From Octopus bimaculoides (lineage: Eukaryota): a stretch of DNA of 33,981 nucleotides. The notes below the pieces were generated by a model, which saw only the letters and a program-made list of their open reading frames with translations, was not told the origin of the DNA and did no database searches. The position numbers and the translations under genes are program-made. The DNA lies in contig NC_069007.1 of the NCBI RefSeq assembly GCF_001194135.2, positions 1,939,923 through 1,973,903 on the forward strand, in the 5' to 3' direction. Shown here one piece after another: positions 12,019 through 23,025 of this stretch. Every line of letters starts with the position of its first letter. Within the stretch, counting starts at the first letter, position 1.

Positions 12019-12235
12019 TTTATTTGTTTCAGTCATTTGACTGCGGCCATGCTGGAGCACAGCTTTTAGTCGAACAAATCGACCCCAGAACTTATTCATT
12101 GTAAGCCTACTACTTATTCTATCGGCCTTTCACTTACCGAACCGCTAAGTTACGGGGACATAGAGTCACCAGTATCGTTTGTCAAGCGATGGTGGAGGGG
12201 GGAGGGGGACAAACACACACATGCAAACATATATA
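12019..12235 (-). mobile_element. SINE family B, 3' half with complete tail
   Basis: RC contains ..ccccgtaacttagcggttcgg..gatagaataagtagtaggctt..aataagttctggggtcgatttgttcgactaaaagctgtgctccagcatggccgcagtcaaatgactgaaacaaataaaag. Confidence 0.9.
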
Positions 12236-12308
12236 TATATAAATTGGTACATTATTACCACCCCTGACGAGTTCATCAACTGCTCTTTTATAACAACAAG
12301 TGCGAACA

Positions 12309-12560
12309 GAGTTTGTGAGTGAATTTATTGAGTAGAAGTCCGTATACATCTATTTGTATATGTATATATATTTATGTGTGCGTTTGTCCGCTGATACTGT
12401 TAGACAATCGTGCTTCGTTACTCTCAGTTCCTGAAAGTATCTTAGAGCTTCAACCAAAAATACGCATAGAATCAGTGAGCCAGGCTTAAAGAGATGAAAC
12501 TCTTCAAAATGATACCCCAGCCAGGATGCAATTTGGTGACTTAAATAACTAAATGATAAA
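12309..12560 (+). mobile_element. Old degenerate SINE, family B
   Basis: Remnants ttgtgagtgaattt..agaagtccgtata, gtgtgcgtttgtcc..tagacaatcg and gatgaaactcttcaaaatgataccccagcc occur in the family B order. Confidence 0.55.
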
Positions 12561-13924
12561 CGATTTCGAAAAATCCAGCGCCGGATGCTCTGAAGATGTT
12601 TTGAATTGACTCTGCTGGCCAGAATCAGTCTATGTGCAGGAGGAAAGAAAATTAAAACAAATTACATGTGAATCATGAAGAATCCTTTTACAAGTATCTC
12701 TAAAAATTAAAGAAGGACTCTCAACGTACAATACAATATTTGCATTGAATAAAAACAACAACAAAATAAATGATATTGAAGTAGAAACGAGGGACATTTG
12801 AAAGAAAATGAAGCGGGAACATTTTAATTTCTCTTTAAATTTAGATATGGAATCAGGTTTCTCTTCTTGGAATTCCAGCACATACCGAACCTATTCGTTG
12901 AAATGACAGTTTGGGGAATCATAATATTTTGATGATAGAATGGTAAGCCTTAACTGGAAGTTATTATAAAGGACGATATAGGAGAGACTGTTAATTTCCT
13001 GTATGTATGCTAACAAGCTCCAATATTCATACACATACACAAGCATTGATAGATATAGTATGTGAATAGCTCTATGTATATATATATATATATACATACA
13101 TATATAAATATAGATATAAATGTGCGTGTGGATATGTATGTATACATGTGTATGTATATATAGATATATATATATATTTATATATATATATATAAATACA
13201 TATGCATATATGTGTGTGCGTGGGTGCACACGTGTATGTGCATAGTATATATACATAAGTGTGAATATGTGCCTGCGTGTGTGCGCATACGTGTGTATGT
13301 ATAATTCTGTATGAGATTAAAGGTTGTTTAGGTTAAAAGATACGTTCGTCGCTTCCAAGTTCCAAACATTTCACCTCATTTATCATTCAAAGTTCCGACT
13401 TACAAGGAAACATCAATTATTTTTCATTTCACAAATCCCATGAAGATCGCAAGGCACACGTGTCCAGTGTCGGTAGGCAGTATCTCAATAATTCCAAATT
13501 ACACGCGCACATACACAGAATAACACGCACACACACATGTATATAAACTCGTATCTTACACAGTGAAACAGTGACACACACACACACACACACACATGCA
13601 TATGTGTGTGTGCGTATGTATATACATACACGGTTGACGGCATAAGCATTCAATAAACTTTCGAGCGAACAAGAAATAAATATTTTTTCGTGGGATGTGA
13701 TCGTTGCCCTCGAGGCTCTCATTTAGCTATAAAAAATAGCAAGTAAATAATCGGTTGAAAAAACATTTTTACATAGAAAAAGTCGAAGTCTACCCGCGGG
13801 ACTCAAATTCTTATCTCTTGTAGACAAAACAGTTCTTGTATGTCTACAACAGATCTGTGTTCGAATCCGAGGGCAGACTATCCAAACATCCTTTTTTTTT
13901 TTTTTTATCAACATAATATTTACT

Positions 13925-14135
13925 TGCAGGAAGGTAATAGAATCGTTAGCACGCCGGACGAAATGCTTAGCGGTATGTCGTCCGTCTTCATGTTCTGAGT
14001 TCTATTTTCAGCGGGATCGATTTTGCTATTTATCCTTTCAGATTCAATAAAATAATTACCAACTGAACAATGGGGAGTGATGTATTCGACTTTTCTCCTC
14101 CTCGATATTGCTGGCATGGTGCCAGAATTTGAAAT
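13925..14135 (+). mobile_element. SINE family A, tail type iii
   Basis: agaatcgttagcacgccggacgaaatgcttagcggtat..gttctgagtt..tatcctttc..tacc..gatgtattcgactt, then ttgctggcatggtgccagaatttgaaatcaa. Confidence 0.85.
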
Positions 14136-14556
14136 CAAATTTTATTTTCTTATCATTCCTATGTTTGTGTATGTATGTACGTACGAATGTGGGTATGTAT
14201 CGATAAATATCGATAAATAAATATCGATGTGTGTGAATACGAGCTACCATATATCGTACGTGTTAGAAAAGTTAGAAAAGCTACGACTTCAAACAGGATT
14301 TTCGACAGAACGCTGCAGATAGTATTCATCTATATTATAAATATTCTGCAATTCGTATATATTTACCTATAGTATTGTGTAGAGAGGATCAAATTTGTTG
14401 ATGATCAAGGGTTGGTTCTAGGCAGACAACGAGTAGCTGTCAACCAAATGACCGGTCACATCAATAGGTTTTTGTTGAAGGGCAGATGAAAGGAGCAAAA
14501 ATGTTGATACATTATTATTTATGTGTACGTGAGTGTTTGAAAAGAAATATTATTTA

Positions 14557-14730
14557 AGCGCAGGTGTGTCTGTGTAGTACGAAGTTTGCCCATCCACTTA
14601 GTTCTGGGTTCAGTTCTACTGTTTAGCAACTTGATGGAGGAAGGGATTCTTCTATTGTCCCGAGCAGACCAAAGACAATTAAATGGATTTAGCAGAGCGA
14701 AGCTGAAGGACAAAGCCCTTCGTATATATA
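14557..14730 (+). mobile_element. Degenerate SINE family B 5' half
   Basis: agcgcaggtgtgtctgtgtagt..cacttagttctgggttcagttctactg..cttctattgtcccgagcagaccaaag..aatggattt..gctgaag. Confidence 0.7.
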
Positions 14731-15363
14731 TTAGGGTGGAGCGTTTTTTCAGTATTTTTTATTTCGTGATGAGGATAGTGCGGAAAAGTTGTGAATGGAC
14801 ATCAAAATAATTGTTGAAAACCTTATAACACTGCGACAATATCTTCTGTCTCCACAAATGCATCGATAAATGGGAAAAAAATGAGGAAAAAACGCCTCTA
14901 CTTATTCCTTAGCAATAAAATACAGTTTTCATTGCATTTTCTACATGTAGCTTTTAAATGACTCTAAAATACAACTTAAGCATGTATTTTTCTGAGACTT
15001 CATCTTCTGCCACTACAAGGAGGGAAAGAGTGTACTGTAAATTACATCTACATGAAAATTTATCTGAATTGCTTAAATTTCAAAATTTACGATATTTTTG
15101 CAGCGTTTGCATATGTTGTTTGTCGAAAACGTGCTTGTTTATTACACGCATATTTAATAAATAAAACATCTGTTGAGTGTATTTCTTTCAGTGTTCGTGA
15201 TGTCCCCGAACCGTGAAAGCATCCTGTGTCTGATATTGAAATTTTACATGGGAATACCGTGAGTAAGGTTCAATGGCAATACCGTGAGTCAGAACACTAC
15301 AGATTATGCTTAAAACACATGTATGAATAAATGTAAGTATATGTGCATGTATACTGAATTAGT

Positions 15364-15566
15364 GGAGGCGCAATGGCCCAGTGGTTAGAGTAGCGGACTC
15401 GCGGTTTCGATTCCCAGACCGGGCATTGTGAGTGTTTATTGAGCGAAAACACCTAAACCTCCACGAGGCTCCGANNNNNNNNNNAACACCTAAACCTCCA
15501 CGAGGCTCCGACAGGGGATGGTGGCGAACCCTGCTGTACTCTTCCACCACAACTTTCTCTCACTCT
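15364..15566 (+). mobile_element. tRNA-derived SINE, family C, 3'-truncated, with assembly overlap inside
   Basis: Head ggaggcgcaatggcccagtggttagag (A-box TGGCCCAGTGG), B-box-like GTTTCGATTCCC, body ttgagcgaaaacacctaa..ctccacgaggctccg..accctgctgtactctt. 27 bp are duplicated either side of the 10-N gap. Confidence 0.85.
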
Positions 15567-15658
15567 TGTATGTGTCTACGCATGCGTGTCCTTCACACAT
15601 TGAAGGACACGCATTGAAGGACACACATTGAAGGACACGCATGCGTAGACACATACAA
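15566..15658. repeat. Perfect 30-bp inverted repeat enclosing a triplicated 14-mer
   Basis: ttgtatgtgtctacgcatgcgtgtccttca (15566-15595) and tgaaggacacgcatgcgtagacacatacaa (15629-15658) are exact reverse complements; tgaaggacac(g/a)cat occurs three times at 15601-15642. Confidence 0.97.
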
Positions 15659-16460
15659 TAGGAATACAAAATACAAAATGGCTGATAGTTAGCAAGGTGA
15701 GACACACATAAGAAAGAAGGAAACAAAGGACCACTGATGAGGTCACAGAAGTGTGACGAAAGAACTCTGGCCGAAATAAGATTAAGATTAATGTAATATA
15801 AAGCTGAAAAAAAAAAAAAAATAACACCAAATATACAGTGCGTCTGTTTTTATTGGCTAAACTGGCAATATGACCATCCCCAAGTACAACAACATCTGTT
15901 TCAACACACGATTTCACATAAAAAATCTTGCAAAACAAATATATATATATATATATGTAATGAATTTCTATACCCCCATAGCTGCCAGTCGATTATCTCA
16001 GAGACAGCCGTCACTCCGCACCAGTTATTATAGTTTAATGTCTCTGCAAAACATTCTACCATGCTCTTTTTTCCAATTCGATCTTTCACGTCATCAACCT
16101 CTGTACATTACTGTCGCTCCAATATCCATGTTTCATAGACAGAGCCCCCAGGGAAAATTTTGTCTATGATAATATTATCAAAACATTGCAGTTTTTGTTG
16201 TCTGACCATCGTCATCAACTATCTTTCTGCGCCTATTGTTTTCAGGATTGAAATACTCAAACAAGAAGATGCATACCCACGCAGTCTTCCTTTAGAAATT
16301 CATTGGAAACTAATGCGATTCACGTAATTGCTGCTTTATTGATATGAGTTGGTGGGGACGGAGATAAAGCGGGTAGAATCAGAAGATGACTGTCTGTACG
16401 TGTGTTTGTGTGTGTATGTGTAAAAACATTTCTATATTTTTGTATGTGTTTCAATACATT

Positions 16461-16522
16461 TATCCACCTCTGTGTGTGTGTGTGTGTGAATCGTTATGTG
16501 CAAGTCGAGAGAGAGAGAGGGA

Positions 16523-16558
<36 letters not shown>

Positions 16559-16585
16559 AAATGAGAAGAAAGAAAGAAAAGAAGA
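16461..16585. repeat. (GT)n, (GA)n and GAAA-rich microsatellites
   Basis: Directly visible. Confidence 0.95.
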
Positions 16586-16692
16586 AAGTTACAATTTCGA
16601 AAGCTTCTCATCTCGCCAGCAGCATCGCAATGGAAGTGAAACATGTAACGTGTGGTGGTCAGAATGGGATTGTCTTTGATCGTGCATCTGCT
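16585..16692. repeat. Left arm of 108-bp inverted repeat
   Basis: Reverse complement of 17224-17331 with one mismatch (C16688 opposite A17228). Confidence 0.95.
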
Positions 16693-16812
16693 TTCGGGGT
16701 CGATAACTTAAGTACCAGTTACGCACTGAGATCGATGTAATCGACTTAATCCGTTCGTCTGTTCTTGTTTGTCCCCCTCTATGTTTAGCCCCCTGTGAGC
16801 AATAAAGAAATA
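16691..16812 (+). mobile_element. 5'-truncated SINE family A, tail type i
   Basis: ctttcggggtcgataacttaagtaccagttacgcactgagatcgatgtaatcgacttaatccg..gtttagccccctgtgagcaataaagaaata matches 9445-9566. Confidence 0.92.
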
Positions 16813-17223
16813 AGAAACAAATATGGAAAGGAATGGAAGATAATGATGGAACCGGTAATAAACACACGCACTGGTTCAGTCCATTATTAATAAAGGACTA
16901 AACTACTGTGTGTGTTTATTTACGGACATAATGCCTCTCTCAAAGTCTAATTGTATTTCTTTTAACACACGTATCCACATCAAGAATCTTGCACACGAAA
17001 TACACATACAAAATAAAAACAAAGATATGAAGTAAGGTAAGCTGGTCGGGGGGGAAGAAGAGTTTTATATAATAAAGAAAACAATTTGATATTGCAAAGT
17101 CTTAGTTTTAGAAATATTTAAATTATGTTCTTGAGTATTTTCGTCTAGTTTCTAATGGAGCAAATGCACGATCAAAGACAATCCCATTCTGACCACCACA
17201 CGTTACATGTTTCNNNNNNNNNN

Positions 17224-17331
17224 AGCAAATGCACGATCAAAGACAATCCCATTCTGACCACCACACGTTACATGTTTCACTTCCATTGCGATGCTGCTGG
17301 CGAGATGAGAAGCTTTCGAAATTGTAACTTT
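17224..17331. repeat. Right arm of 108-bp inverted repeat
   Basis: Reverse complement of 16585-16692. Its first 55 bp also appear at 17159-17213, before a 10-N gap (overlap artefact). Confidence 0.95.
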
Positions 17332-17990
17332 GTTATTATGTTGAGCGATGTTATTCCATATTGTATTCTGCGATTTCAGACTTTGCTTTCATGTCCATGC
17401 TCTTTATTTCTTGGCTTCAGTTCGTCATTTAAATAACGTTAGACTCGTGGTCCAGGGGTTGAAGTTTGTCATCTATAACCAGCTTCGATCCCATAGCTCT
17501 CGAACTTCTGCGTCTTATAAATCGTCATAATTGAACTTGTTCCGATGACGACCACCAGAGAATATCTCGTATCTCTGATGCAGACAGCGTTTCAATTTAC
17601 GAACATTTTCAGGCATATTAATAACGCAGTTTTGTTATACTCTCATTCCATCTTTATTAATCCCAGAAAAGCCTAATCCGAATCTATGTCAAGACACTTT
17701 AGCAACGTTCGTAACTAAAAATAACAAATGTCATAAATACACAATCATAAATGCAATTTATATGAAGGCTGATATTAGTTTAAATGATGGAATACATCAT
17801 ATATAATTATTATTTCTCGTTATACTTTCCGGATGCATATTTATTGCCGTTTTCATTAAATCCAGTCAGTTCTGATTAAGATATTCGTAACGATGTGACT
17901 TCCTTTTTTTACATTATTTACATTATTTACATTTGGCAGATAATTGTTCTCATCTTGTTTGTTGTTAACACAACGTTTCGGCTGATATAT

Positions 17991-18021
17991 AATAATAATA
18001 ATAACAATGATAATAATGATG

Positions 18022-18061
<40 letters not shown>

Positions 18062-18062
18062 C
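17991..18062. repeat. (AAT)n microsatellite
   Basis: Directly visible between the Penelope-like arms. Confidence 0.95.
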
Positions 18063-18110
18063 ATCGAAAAATATCTTAAGAATGAGAACCCAGATTCGAA
18101 ATTTCCCCCA

Positions 18111-18154
18111 AGACACCTGATGAAGTCTGGAGGGTATATAAGACGAAACGTGTT
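18111..18154 (+). ncRNA. Type I minimal hammerhead ribozyme remnant, probably inactive
   Basis: Stem I GACAC (18112-16) / GTGTT (18150-54); core CTGATGA 18117-23; stem II GTCT (18125-28) / AGAC (18141-44); GAAAC 18145-49. The NUH triplet is missing, whereas the inverted left arm keeps GAAAC-GTT-GTGTT. Confidence 0.7.
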
Positions 18155-18616
18155 AACAACAAACAAGATGAGGACAAATATCTGTCAAATGTAAATAATG
18201 TACATAATTCCTCATCTCTCAAATATTGAACTGTAGGACTGCATTGTTTATTATTTCTTTCCATTTTAGGACGGCGGACAAAGTCCCTCAAAATGCGTGA
18301 CAAGACCGAACTGGTGTCAATTCCGAATTACTATGTTAAATACGAAGTCCCTAGTCTGGTGAGGGATCGGCGACAGGTGTTAAGATACCTTAACACTTGT
18401 TCAGTTACCTAAATTTACAGGAATTTGATTTTTGTTTCTATGCACATCGTCCAAGAGGAAATTGTTGCGACGTAGGCAACAAATTGGGCTAAGATGCCAT
18501 TTCGAAAACGTGATAAATGATCCATTGAGGATGGTGGTGTCACGGTGTATTTAAACAAGGTTCACCATCGTCTCATTCAGTATATCGCCGACCATGAGAA
18601 GGACGTTTGATGACTA

Positions 18617-18760
18617 GGATGATAAAAATGATGGCGTTGATGATGATGATGATGGTGGTGATGGTGATGATGGTGGTGGTGGTGGTGGTGGCGACGTTAA
18701 TGATGATAATGATGGTGATGAGGATAACTATGACGCTGGTGATGATGAGAGAAGTATGGT
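18617..18760. repeat. (GAT/GGT)n low-complexity tract
   Basis: Directly visible. Confidence 0.9.
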
Positions 18761-19404
18761 GATGACGAAGATGGAGATTGAGACTGTGTTCACCCTGACG
18801 GTGAGGATCGAGAGAAGTGTCACGGTGAATAAGATGACATACGCCGATGTTGCTTAGCTGCGGATCATAGTGTCTATGATGATGATGAAATTTATGACGT
18901 TGGTGACGTCCCTAAGGAGAGAGGAACAACATCTTTTCAAAGCTGCTCCTGCACTGAATATGCTTTTCGAATCAGTTGCCCTTATTTTTCCTTTTTCCCT
19001 TTAATTACATTAGCCTTAATATCCACACCTCCATATACGTTATTTGCCTCCAATGTCACCCATAGATATTATATTTCATGAATGTTATACATGTAAGCCT
19101 ATTTATTTTTAAATAAAGTATATTTTTAATCACATCTCTCGAACTCATTTGGCATAAAAGCTAGAAACTGGCATTTTTTATTTTTCCGTTCAAATGCAAT
19201 CACTAACTAACGAACATTATTATTAATTTACCTTTGTACGGAAAGCAGTTAAGCAGGAAAACACGGCGTGAGACACTGATGTTATTGGTGTTATTTTCGG
19301 TGAAAAGAACGACTACGTTGTTTGACTCGACATTGTCTCCTTCACAATACATTTCATCGAGACGTTTTTTTAAAAATTTCTTTTGTCATTGTTACAATTT
19401 ATTA

Positions 19405-19730
19405 TTCTTATCATCATCATCATTATTATCATTATTATTATTATTATTAATACAATCATCANNNNNNNNNNNNNNNNNNNNNNNNNNNNNNNNNNNNNNN
19501 NNNNNNNNNNNNNNNNNNNNNNNNNNNNNNNNNNNNNNNNNNNNNNNNNNNNNNNNNNNNNNNNNNNNNNNNNNNNNNNNNNNNNNNNNNNNNNNNNNNN
19601 NNNNNNNNNNNNTATCATCATCATCATTATTATCATTATTATTATTATTATTAATACAATCATCATCATTAGTATTGTCATCATCATCATCATCATCGTC
19701 GTCGGTGTCGTCATCATCATCTTCATCACT
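19405..19730. repeat. (ATC/ATT)n microsatellite spanning a gap
   Basis: Directly visible; N-run at 19462-19612. Confidence 0.9.
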
Positions 19731-19880
19731 ATTTTTATTATTACATAACTTTCGAAAAATACAGAATCATCAACTATTCTTCAATTTAATATAAGAGATT
19801 TTCAATAAATATCCGTTTTGCATTTTATTTTCATCATCATCATCAACATTATCCTTATTATTATCATCATCATCATCATA

Positions 19881-19913
<33 letters not shown>

Positions 19914-20727
19914 TTATAAATTTCCTGAGCGTTCACTCTTTCTGTGTTATCTTTTTGTTTACGATCCGCGTTGGAGTTTTTATTCAGTTTTTGCTGTTTA
20001 TTCTATTTTCTTTTCTTTTTGTTCATTTCTTCCCCCGCATCTCTGAACTTGTTCAGATCAATTGTTTTCAATTTCAACAAGGGTCAAAGGTCGAACTAAA
20101 CAAATTAATCTATTTGAGGAAGTGTCAAGAATTTGAAGGGATATTTAACTTTTACGAATCAAAGCTGATTACTTTGCTTGACACAATTGATTACTGCAAT
20201 CAAACTTGTTAATACTTTTACGATATTTCTACTCGTGTGAGATTTGTTAACAACTTTTTCACACTTTTCGATACTGTTCTTTACAAACCGACTATCACCC
20301 GCTTATGTGTAAGTATAACTTCATTGATATATGTAAACGTAAGTATGCATTTGTGTGTAGCTATTTTGCTGATTATTACCTCACATTTTGATATTAAAAT
20401 AAATAATACTTCGAAATTTATAACTTCAGCTGTTATAAATATGTGACTTTACGCCAGAGCCGAGATTATAATTTGACTTTCGATGTTTCTTGAGTCATAA
20501 AGTTTGGACAGTGTTTGCGATTTGAGCAGGAGAGATAATTTGAAATATGGATATAGTCCAGGTTGTTGTCATGCCTCTTATCTTTATTGTTGTTGTTGTT
20601 GTTGTTGTTGTAGCTAAAACTGTTTCTGTTGTTGCCAGGGTTGTTAACATTGTAAATACTGTTACAAAAATTGTTTTGTTGTTGTCGTCGTTGTTATAGT
20701 CGCTAAATGTGTTATTGTTATTGCTAG

Positions 20728-21048
20728 GGTTGTGTGGTAAGTAGCTTGCTCACCAACCACATGGTTCCGGGTTCAGTCCCACTGCGTGGCACCTTGGGGC
20801 AATTGTCTTCTACTATAGCCTCGGGCCGACCAAAGCCTTGTGAGTGGATTTGGTAGACGGAAACTGAAAGACGCCCGTCGTATATATGTATGTGTATATA
20901 TATATATATGTATGTGTGTTTGTGCGTCTGTGTTTGTCCCCCCAACATCGCTTGACAACCGATGCTGGTGTGTTTACGTCCCCGTAACTTAGCGGTTCGG
21001 CAAAAGAGACCGATAGAATAAGTACTAGGCTTCCAAAGAATAAGTCCT
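20728..21048 (+). mobile_element. Near full-length tRNA-derived SINE, family B, lacking the final tail
   Basis: ggttgtgtggtaagtagcttgct..accacatggttccgggttcagtcccactgcgtggcaccttggg..gaaactgaaaga, internal (TA/TG)n, then gtttgtccccccaacatcgcttgacaaccgatgctgg..gatagaataagtactaggctt..aataagtcctg. Confidence 0.95.
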
Positions 21049-21495
21049 GTTTTGTTTGATTTTCTTTTTTTCTGCCAAGATATATCAATGCTTCTCTGTT
21101 CTCTGCAGGGAATTATTCCAAATGTTACCAATTAAGCACTAGAGTTGATGAAATCGCATTGCTCGTCCCCACAAAGTTTGTGTATTCAGCAATATTGGGA
21201 GATATTTTCAGTAGTTAAATTATAACAGTCAGAAATATATAAAGAAGAAAAGACAGACAAAAAGTAGGAATGATTTGAAATTTTTAGGACACGCAGATGG
21301 TCTGATGAGTGAAGGTAAATTCCATAACCACCTCATGATATTGCGTTTAAATACCACTGAGGGCGACATTGCTTATTATCATCTTCTGTTTGATAAAAAC
21401 TCAGTGACATCTCAACACGGGGGGTCGATGTAATCACGTACTTTTCGCACAAAACTGGCTGGTCTCGTGCGAAAATTTGATATCATTATTATCTA

Positions 21496-21691
21496 AGGTA
21501 GTAATCAGCAGAAATGTTAGTACACCGGGCGAACTGGGTTACCGGGTTTTCGTTCAAATTCTGCCGTGGTCAGCTTTGCTTTTCATGACTTCGGGGTCGA
21601 TGAACACTGGGGTCGATGTAATCGACTTATACCCACCCGCCACCTGAAGAAAAATCTTCAGGCCATTTGCCCATTGTAGAAAAGATTATTA
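21496..21691 (+). mobile_element. Old SINE family A, tail type ii
   Basis: cagcagaaatgttagtacaccgggcgaa..gttcaaattctgccgtggtcagctttgcttttcat..cggggtcgat..cactggggtcgatgtaatcgactt..gtagaaaagattatta. Confidence 0.8.
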
Positions 21692-21704
21692 CATCTTGTC
21701 TAAA

Positions 21705-21862
21705 TGGGAGATTTGGCAGAATTGTTAGTACACGGGGCAGGTGCTCGCCTGCTTTTCCTCTGTCTTTACGTTCTGTGTTCAAATTCCGCTGTGTTGACTA
21801 TACCTTTCATCCTTTGGGGATCAATAAAGTAAGTACCAATAGAACACTGGGGTCAATTACCT
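21705..21862 (+). mobile_element. Old SINE family A, tail lost
   Basis: ttggcagaattgttagtacacgggg..gtctttacgttctgtgttcaaattccgc..cctttcatcctttggggatcaataaagtaagtacc..cactggggtc. Confidence 0.8.
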
Positions 21863-22064
21863 ATTTTCTACATATTGTGTAAGCCATTTCACTCCTCCCC
21901 ACTTTTTTTCCATCCATTGCTTGATCTGCCTTAACCTTCTTTAGAAACTCCATTTGAACAGTTCAATGCTTTTGTATGCATAAACAAATGATGTGTAAAA
22001 TTGCCTTCAATGTGAAATGGAAATCGATACTTTTAGGTTGACAAGATAGACATATCGGCAAGAT

Positions 22065-22425
22065 TATTTTGCAGTTCTGTTCTGGTATTTTAGGTCCTCA
22101 GTTCCAAGTATGTGAAGGTGAAGCTAACCTTTCATCCCTTAGGGGTCAATGTAGCAAATGCTCACCGAATAAAGCATCAGATTCATTCGACCAACCCCTC
22201 CCCTTTAAAACTACTGGCTTTTTTCTCGAAATTAAAATCAATTATTATTAAAGATGCGAAAAGCGGAGCTGGGGGAATTATTAACCCACCAGACCGAACG
22301 GTTAACAGCAATTCATCGACTTTACATTCAAAGATCAAAATTTCGCCAAGCGCAGCTTTGCCTTTGATCCTTATAAAGTCGATTAAATAAGGGCCAACTG
22401 AACACTGGGGTCGATCAGATTGGCT
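22065..22425 (+). mobile_element. Two adjacent, very degenerate family A SINEs
   Basis: cctttcatcccttaggggtcaat at about 22128 and cagctttgcctttgatccttataaagtcgattaaataag..cactggggtcgat at about 22353-22415. Confidence 0.6.
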
Positions 22426-22669
22426 AGTACTTTACTCCTTATGGATTCTCGATTACCAAGACTCTTGTGAAAGCATGCTGCTCACTTCATCCCCATTACT
22501 TATTAGACCATGTTTTGCCTGAAGGTCTTTTTTAACAGCCGTTTCAATCAATATCAAAGACAGCAATTTCTACACTCAAGTGAAATATGGCAAAACCAGT
22601 TGCCATTGGATCTTCTTACTAGCAAAATTATTCTTGTGCTTTTGGGCGCAACGCCTGCAGTTTTTAAAA

Positions 22670-22840
22670 GATTTGAAACCTAGATCATATCGACCTCACT
22701 GCTGAACCGATGCTCCTTTTATCGGACCTCAACGTAATGAAATGCAAATTCGATCTCGGTAGAATTTGAACATAAATCCGGAAGAAATGCGTTATGCATT
22801 TGTCAAACTTTACTAACATTTCTGACCAACTCGGCTCCTT
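22670..22840 (-). mobile_element. Very degenerate family A SINE
   Basis: atcgacctcactg..atgaaatgcaaattcgatctcggtagaatttgaac..ctaacatttctgaccaactcg matches family A in reverse. Confidence 0.6.
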
Positions 22841-23025
22841 TTACTGAAAAATTAATGGGACAAAATTAATAACAAGCAACATGCTGGAGTGTTAGCTGTC
22901 TGAATAACAACCCCTCCCCTCTTTACTATTTAGCATTCCTGTGACTTGACGTAGAATTAATTTCCGTGGGATATGAACACGGAACGGAAATCACGGAATA
23001 AATTTCAAGGTATTTACCGAAACGT

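Larger units (their letters stand above)
17919..18260. mobile_element. Penelope-like element terminal repeat (pLTR) pair in inverted orientation around an (AAT)n microsatellite
   Basis: About 70-bp imperfect inverted arms at 17919-17989 and 18135-18202. The right copy carries a CTGATGA..GAAAC hammerhead core. Inverted partial pLTRs and minimal hammerheads are established features of Penelope-like elements. No RT or GIY-YIG sequence is present. Confidence 0.65.

Noticed and set aside
12846-12952. Exon-like segment (tttag|...|gtaagc)
   Set aside because: Stops occur in all three frames; it could only be a non-coding exon, which cannot be supported without RNA data.
13845-13875. B-box-like GTTCGAATCC suggesting a tRNA gene
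   Set aside because: No A-box at a suitable distance and no cloverleaf. The SINE heads elsewhere are tRNA-derived but are not tRNA genes either.
15448-15511. 27-bp direct repeat around a 10-N gap
   Set aside because: Exact duplication on either side of a fixed 10-N gap indicates an unmerged contig overlap.
15601-15642. Short direct repeats as a CRISPR-like array
   Set aside because: There are no spacers, no cas genes, and the context is eukaryotic.
17159-17278. 55-bp direct repeat around a 10-N gap
   Set aside because: Same contig-overlap artefact; it was collapsed when measuring the inverted repeat.
18600-18900. Asp/Gly-rich apparent coding stretch
   Set aside because: It is a decayed (GAT/GGT)n microsatellite with stops in all frames.
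21109-21220. Strong acceptor cttctctgttctctgcag followed by an open frame
   Set aside because: No credible donor before the stop, and it is phase-incompatible with the other candidate exons.
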